A stretch of DNA of 64,000 bases from positions 128,745-192,744 of the forward strand of contig JAHILH010000005.1 of the NCBI GenBank assembly GCA_018897195.1, read 5' to 3'. This document shows, in pieces, positions 58,836 through 64,000 of the stretch. The position numbers were made by a program, and so were the translations under genes. Below the pieces are notes generated by a model. The model did not search any database and was not told the DNA's origin. It was given only the letters and a program-made list of their open reading frames with translations. The DNA is from Patescibacteria group bacterium (GTDB lineage: Bacteria; Patescibacteriota; Patescibacteriia; Patescibacteriales; UBA12075). Numbering within the stretch: position 1 is the first letter of the stretch; every line of letters begins with the position of its first letter.

Positions 58836-59657
58836 ATGTTTAATTTCCTACACACCTTCAATCCCAATCCAATTCTAATTGAACTCGGCCCAATCAAAAT
58901 CCATTGGTACGGCTTATTTATTGTTCTTGGAATCTTATCGGCTCTATATATCATTATCAAATTAGCCGACTATTACAAAATTAACAAAGACGACATTATT
59001 GATATCTCCTTTTGGATAATTATTTTTGGAATTTTAGGCGGAAGAGCATATGATGTTTTATTAGAATGGCCATACTATCTAGGACACCCAGCTAATATTA
59101 TAAAAATATGGCAAGGCGGTCTTGCTATTCACGGCGCCATCATCGCTGGTCTTGCTGCCACTATTTATCTCACTAAAAAAAAATCCATTCCCCTTCTACC
59201 CTTTTTAGCCATCATCACCCCTGGTCTCGCCCTCGCCCAAGCTATTGGTCGTTGGGGTAATTATTTTAACCAAGAACTTTTCGGTTTACCAACCAAGCTG
59301 CCCTGGGGCATCCCAATCGATTTTATCCATCGTGTTCCCGATTATTACTATGACAATTTTTTTCATCCTACTTTCCTCTACGAGAGTCTTGGAAATTTAA
59401 TGATTTTTTTAATCTTAATCAGTCTGCATTATTTAGTCAGAAAAAATAAAATAAAAACTACGGCTGAAGAAATAATTATTGCCACTTATTTAATTTTATA
59501 CTCCATTTTACGCTTTTCTCTAGAATTCATCAAAATTGACCAAACTCCAATAATATTTAGCCTAAGATTCCCGCAAATTATCAGTATTGCTATTGTAATA
59601 AGCTCTATAATATGGCTAGTCTTGCAAAAATCAAAGAAACATGCTACGATAGAATAG
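58836..59657 (+). CDS. lgt: Prolipoprotein diacylglyceryl transferase
   Basis: IHWYGL..., GGRAYD, GRWGNYFNQELFG, HPTFLYES. Confidence 0.93.
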   Translation: MFNFLHTFNPNPILIELGPIKIHWYGLFIVLGILSALYIIIKLADYYKINKDDIIDISFWIIIFGILGGRAYDVLLEWPYYLGHPANIIKIWQGGLAIHGAIIAGLAATIYLTKKKSIPLLPFLAIITPGLALAQAIGRWGNYFNQELFGLPTKLPWGIPIDFIHRVPDYYYDNFFHPTFLYESLGNLMIFLILISLHYLVRKNKIKTTAEEIIIATYLILYSILRFSLEFIKIDQTPIIFSLRFPQIISIAIVISSIIWLVLQKSKKHATIE

Positions 59658-59748
59658 CTCTCGCACCATAGGTGTTGTAATTTATCTTAAACAACACCCA
59701 CGCGATTTAATTAATAAAAAAGGACTTTCTAGTCCACATTTAAAATAA

Positions 59749-60018
59749 ATGCCAAATCTAAAATCAGCAATCAAGGAATTGAGAAAAAGTAAATCAAGAG
59801 GTCATAGAAACCAACTTGTTAAGGATGATCTTAAAACTCAAATAAAAAAAACTAGAAAATTAATCGTCGGAAAAGACAAGACAGTTGAAGAAGTTGTAAA
59901 AGCAACTTTAAAAACAATTGATAAAGCTGCTCAAAAAGGCGTAATCAAGAAAAATGCTCGCGACCGAAAGAAATCTAGACTGCAATTAATGCTAAACGCA
60001 TCAAAGAAAACAAAATAA
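59749..60018 (+). CDS. rpsT: 30S ribosomal protein S20
   Basis: MPNLKSAIKELRKSKSRGHRN...; 89 aa, basic, helical. Confidence 0.9.
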   Translation: MPNLKSAIKELRKSKSRGHRNQLVKDDLKTQIKKTRKLIVGKDKTVEEVVKATLKTIDKAAQKGVIKKNARDRKKSRLQLMLNASKKTK

Positions 60019-60033
60019 CTCAGATATAAAAAA

Positions 60034-60060
60034 ATCGCCCTGGTTAACTACCAGGGCGAT
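60034..60060 (+). terminator. Intrinsic terminator after rpsT
   Basis: atcgccctgg-ttaacta-ccagggcgat + T8. Confidence 0.8.
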
Positions 60061-60076
60061 TTTTTTTATTGCACTT

Positions 60077-60297
60077 GTCATTCCCGCGAAGGCGGGAATC
60101 CAGGCGCCACAATTATTGGATTTATAATTATAGAGACTAATTTTGATACAAACATTAATAATAAATAATGCTTTGTAAATTTAAGTTAAGGAATTTGAAT
60201 TCCCAACTATATAAAAAGTTATAAGCTTTTATATAATTCTCCTTATACTGAAAACAATCTACGAGGTGCCTGGATCCCCGCCTTCGCGGGGATGACG
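60077..60297. repeat. MITE-like unit: inverted pair of family 2 repeats around a 152-bp AT-rich core
   Basis: 60077-60110 gtcattcccgcgaaggcgggaatccaggcgccac; 60263-60297 is the reverse complement of cgtcatccccgcgaaggcggggatccaggcacctc. Confidence 0.85.
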
Positions 60298-60310
60298 ATG
60301 GAAAAAATAT

Positions 60311-61282
60311 CTATATCTTCGCCATAAACAAACTAATCATATTCCCCAAGTCCCCCTGTCCCGTCTTGAATAAATAATCCATCTCCACCAATTTCAAATA
60401 AATATCTTTTAATGTGTCCAAGTTAAAATTCCGCACCTGCGCCGACGCTTTTTGCACCACAAAGGGATGCAATTTCAAATCACCAATAATCTGACGAGAG
60501 CTATGACCAGAATCCAGGGCCTGCCTCACCTGCATCAATATTTTGAATTGTCGCGCAATCATATGAATTAATAAATGCTCCGCCACGCCTGCTTCGATTT
60601 CTTTTTCAAACAATTCCAGGGCCAAACTTTTATTTTTATTACTAATCGCGTCCGTCATCGCAAAAATATTTTCATCCACGACGCCCCGCGACATTAGCTC
60701 AATATCTTTTAATTCAATTACAGTCTCTCCTTTTTCTTTCAAACTTTTTTTGTAGTTAACTAGCTTCTCAATTTCTGAGCTCAACTGCCAGAGATTGCTA
60801 GCAAACAAAGAAGATAAATGTGTCGCCACTTGCAAGGTAATTTGCGCCCCTTTTTTTTCCACCTCCTTTTTTACCCAGGTCGTTGCCTCTGTATTCGACA
60901 CTGGCAAAAAATGTTGCACAAACTTTTGCGTACTCAAAAATTTAAATAATTTGTTCGCCTTTTGTTTTTCACCAGAAACAGCATCCCAAAAAATTATAAT
61001 ATTATCATTACTCTCTTTTTGATTCTGTAAATATTCCGTCAACTCCTCAATAAAAGTTTTATTCTTATTTGCAAGAATATTTTCCACAACCACCATGCGC
61101 TTGCGCACAAAAAGAGACTGCGACGCCATCGCCTCATTAATTCGTCCCAAGTCAATTACAGTACCATCGAGCACGCTTAAATTTTCGCCAGTTGGATCAA
61201 CCTCGCGAATGAATTTATCCTTCAATTCTTGTAATTTTTGTCGGCTCAAATAAGTATTTTCACCGTATATAAATAATATCAT
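60311..61282 (-). CDS. holA: DNA polymerase III delta subunit
   Basis: 323 aa; MILFIYGENTYL N-terminus and helical C-terminal layout typical of HolA. Confidence 0.75.
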   Translation of the reverse strand: MILFIYGENTYLSRQKLQELKDKFIREVDPTGENLSVLDGTVIDLGRINEAMASQSLFVRKRMVVVENILANKNKTFIEELTEYLQNQKESNDNIIIFWDAVSGEKQKANKLFKFLSTQKFVQHFLPVSNTEATTWVKKEVEKKGAQITLQVATHLSSLFASNLWQLSSEIEKLVNYKKSLKEKGETVIELKDIELMSRGVVDENIFAMTDAISNKNKSLALELFEKEIEAGVAEHLLIHMIARQFKILMQVRQALDSGHSSRQIIGDLKLHPFVVQKASAQVRNFNLDTLKDIYLKLVEMDYLFKTGQGDLGNMISLFMAKI

Positions 61283-61288
61283 ACTGTT

Positions 61289-62512
61289 TTATTTCCCAAT
61301 TTCACACTCAGCCTTATTATCCAACAAACGAAAGGCAGGCCAAAGACCGGTAAATAATGCTACAAAAAGAATTAAGAAAACCGTCTTGACTGGATAATAT
61401 TGTAACACTACCACCGAAATTAAAGCAAAAGCAATATAAGCCGTTGCCATTGAAGTCCTAAAAAGGTCAATCTTGGCCACATCATTGCCACAGATTCGTT
61501 TATAAAAATAAGAATCGCGCAAAACTTCAAGCATTGAAATGCCCACCCTTGTCATTAATAATGCCGCTCCCCACACATATACACTGGATGAGTCCAAAAA
61601 ATAAATATAAGCAACCGAAAATCCCGTAATCAATAAAGAAAAAATAATCAATTCCTTTTCTCCTAAATATTTATCTGCCAAACGCCCAACTGGATATTGT
61701 AATAACAAAAAAGGCAAAAGCATAAAGGTAAACATATTTCCCAAATCAGCATCACTAAATCCAATTGAATTCAAATATATTGGCGTATAAATAATCATCG
61801 TCGCGTAGAAAAAATCCACCAAGAAAGCGATATAATAAATCCGTTTTAAGTTTTTGTGTCGAAAAAAGGCATGAATAATTTGTCGCGCTGACAAACGACG
61901 TTCATCATTGCCCTTAACTCCTCGTAACCAAATTAAATCAACAACAAAAATTAGTAAATCAATAGCCAGGACAGTGATAAAAATACCATAAAAACCATGA
62001 ACCACTTTAATAGACATCGCCAATTTTGGTCCAAGTATAAACCCTAAACTAAAAATTGCCAAAAATAAGCCGCGAATTCGTCCTGACATCCGGTCAACTG
62101 AAAAAGTTTCCAAAAGCACATCCAAATTTACTCGAGCAATATTACCAACAATCAAATACAAAACCAAAAGAATCGAGCCGATGAAGGTAACCGGTAAATT
62201 TATCAAAATGATGGCAAAAATAATTTTCGCAATCAAAAAAACAAACAAGGCGTTCGATTGGCCAATTTTATTAATAATCTTATGCAGGTTAAACAGAAGA
62301 ACAAAAATCGCTACATCAATAAATAAGTAATAAACACTGACATTATTATTCTTCAAAACCGCTTGAAAATAAAAAGAAACATTGTAAGATAAAATTGATG
62401 ACACAAAACCGAATAAAAAAGAAGAAAGCGTGACTATCCACACTTTTTTCCTATTTAAATGCTCGTTATGGTTTAAATTATTTACAGATTTTAACATAAA
62501 AATACTTATCAT
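61289..62512 (-). CDS. MFS-type transporter
   Basis: 407 aa, about 12 hydrophobic segments, DRMSGR-like loop between TM2 and TM3. Confidence 0.7.
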   Translation of the reverse strand: MISIFMLKSVNNLNHNEHLNRKKVWIVTLSSFLFGFVSSILSYNVSFYFQAVLKNNNVSVYYLFIDVAIFVLLFNLHKIINKIGQSNALFVFLIAKIIFAIILINLPVTFIGSILLVLYLIVGNIARVNLDVLLETFSVDRMSGRIRGLFLAIFSLGFILGPKLAMSIKVVHGFYGIFITVLAIDLLIFVVDLIWLRGVKGNDERRLSARQIIHAFFRHKNLKRIYYIAFLVDFFYATMIIYTPIYLNSIGFSDADLGNMFTFMLLPFLLLQYPVGRLADKYLGEKELIIFSLLITGFSVAYIYFLDSSSVYVWGAALLMTRVGISMLEVLRDSYFYKRICGNDVAKIDLFRTSMATAYIAFALISVVVLQYYPVKTVFLILFVALFTGLWPAFRLLDNKAECEIGK

Positions 62513-62608
62513 GAGAATGACTCATTATTATACTAACTTAATTAAAACAATATATCAATACGGAAATTTTATCAAATTTCTACAAAAACACTGGACTTTT
62601 ACTGCGTT

Positions 62609-64000
62609 TTACTGCCAAGCACAACATGCTAATGGTTTTTGGACTGAACAATTTGTCAACCACCCTTCACCACCGCTATTCTTATCAAAACTCCAGAATG
62701 AACCAAGGTCCGTCTCAGCACTACTCTTCCAACCACCACAATCATTTGAATTAGCTGTATACCCAGGAGGACCTTGTGAAATCCATGCACTACCTTCACT
62801 CCAACTAGAAATATTACCGCGTTCTATTGTAAGCATAATATCATAAGTGCGACACAAGTGCGCCCCAATAAATTCCGCTGCACAAATATCATTAGCTGCT
62901 ACATAACCAGTTAAAGTTGAGGTGGCAAAACTACCATCCGTCACCGCCGTTGTAGTGCCTACAAAAAATGATTTAGTTCCTTCTCCAGAAATACCGAGCG
63001 ATGATGTTGAAATATATTCAAACTCACCTGCCACATTACCGATTAATAATTGACCTGCTGTAGGCGGCGTACTTGTACCAGTACCACCATGCGCAATATC
63101 AATTGTCTTGCCCAGCCACTCGCCAGCCAAAACTTGTCCCACATTATTCACAATAAACTGTGCTCCGCTCGCAACACCAACAGTCAAAAGATTGCTAGGC
63201 GAAGATGTGCCGATTCCAACATAACCGTTAACATCCAATGTCATACGTGAAATGCCATTCGTATTAAATCCAATTTGATTCACAGTGCCAAAATCAACAT
63301 AATTATTACTATCACTTCCAATTCGACCGCTGGCGCCAAGATAAACAGCACTAGCTAATCCAAAAGTTGGATTGCCACTAACACCATCGCCATTAATAAC
63401 AACAATTTGATTAGCAGTTCCCGTGGCAATTCTACCAGTATAAACGCCATTTGCAGTGCGCACCATCAAACCACTAGTCGCAAAATCCGTATCAGCCAAC
63501 CAAGTGTTGGTATTAACAGTATTATAAGTATTTTGCCAATTGGTTGAACTGGCGTTGATAATATTATATGCGCTAGTCCAATTCGATGAACTCGCGTTGA
63601 CTGTGTTTGTAGTTGTATTCCAAATTGAACTAGACGCGATGTAGGTATTGGTCAGTGCCGAGCCATTCCAAGTGCCGGCAGTGACGACACCAGTGCTTGA
63701 GACTAAGAATTGCGCGCCAGTATTTGCACCGATGGTTAACATTTGTGATGCAGTGGTTGTACCAATCGCTAAACCAGTTGAATTTAATTGCATCTTTTCT
63801 ACTCCGCCAATATTAAATCTTAGTGATAATCCGTCTAACACAGTGCGACCGTTGGTGTTGCCGAAAGTGTTGATGCCGTATTCGGTTGGGTCAGAGCTAG
63901 TTTTGGAGTTAATAATGGCAATTTGTTGTTTAGTTTCATTACTTGCATAAGTGTAAATTTGACCACCATTGACTACAGCCGTTGTTTTAGTACCGTCGAC
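62609..64000 (-). CDS. Large secreted/surface repeat protein (tail-fibre-like repeats) with Cys-rich C-terminal domain; N-terminus outside window
   Basis: Frame stays open from 63841 to the window edge; G/T/N/S-rich with GISRMTLDVNGYVGIGTSSP-type and NASS.NW..YN repeats; C-terminal 110 aa with 7 Cys. Confidence 0.7.
   Translation of the reverse strand, partial: VDGTKTTAVVNGGQIYTYASNETKQQIAIINSKTSSDPTEYGINTFGNTNGRTVLDGLSLRFNIGGVEKMQLNSTGLAIGTTTASQMLTIGANTGAQFLVSSTGVVTAGTWNGSALTNTYIASSSIWNTTTNTVNASSSNWTSAYNIINASSTNWQNTYNTVNTNTWLADTDFATSGLMVRTANGVYTGRIATGTANQIVVINGDGVSGNPTFGLASAVYLGASGRIGSDSNNYVDFGTVNQIGFNTNGISRMTLDVNGYVGIGTSSPSNLLTVGVASGAQFIVNNVGQVLAGEWLGKTIDIAHGGTGTSTPPTAGQLLIGNVAGEFEYISTSSLGISGEGTKSFFVGTTTAVTDGSFATSTLTGYVAANDICAAEFIGAHLCRTYDIMLTIERGNISSWSEGSAWISQGPPGYTANSNDCGGWKSSAETDLGSFWSFDKNSGGEGWLTNCSVQKPLACCAWQ

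Overview
AT-rich, tightly packed 64-kb chromosomal segment with about 55 protein genes, most on the minus strand. It looks like a Candidate Phyla Radiation (Patescibacteria)-type bacterium. Supporting traits: a 23S-5S rRNA unit with no adjacent 16S, five tRNAs that do not encode CCA, type IV pilus ATPases (PilB, PilT), and an alpha-glucan/glycogen cluster. The rest is mostly housekeeping: uvrA, ruvC, yebC, polyprenyl synthase, uppS, topA, rnc, nusB, rpmF, pyrF, glmS, rsmE, rplS, hup, rny, recQ, folD, glyA, trpS, lgt, rpsT, holA. Several genes are of archaeal/eukaryotic type: Elp3, EndoQ-like, translin-like, AMMECR1. I found no CRISPR array, transposase, integrase or recognisable defence operon, and the standard genetic code fits. 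Eight observations stand out. (1) An orphan GC-rich minus-strand transcription unit at 1703-2215 has a consensus promoter, a perfect 17-bp terminator and an SD-preceded 34-codon ORF; I could not assign it to any known RNA family. (2) A single 1007-aa polypeptide contains two complete PilB/GspE ATPase modules. (3) A roughly 200-nt helix-closed structured region lies between 5S rRNA and a methyltransferase gene. (4) A promoter/terminator-defined C-rich small RNA candidate lies at 56894-57033. (5) Three families of short GC-rich palindromic repeats are dispersed through the window; one copy sits in frame inside a helicase-nuclease gene, and others form MITE-like inverted pairs around terminators with compensatory stem changes. 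(6) An A7 slippery run joins two overlapping small ORFs. (7) AT-rich hairpin insertions occur in the 23S rRNA. (8) The glucan cluster carries two GlgA paralogues plus unexplained kinase-like and PHP genes. All RNA-family and protein-family assignments come from reading motifs by eye; no database search was possible.
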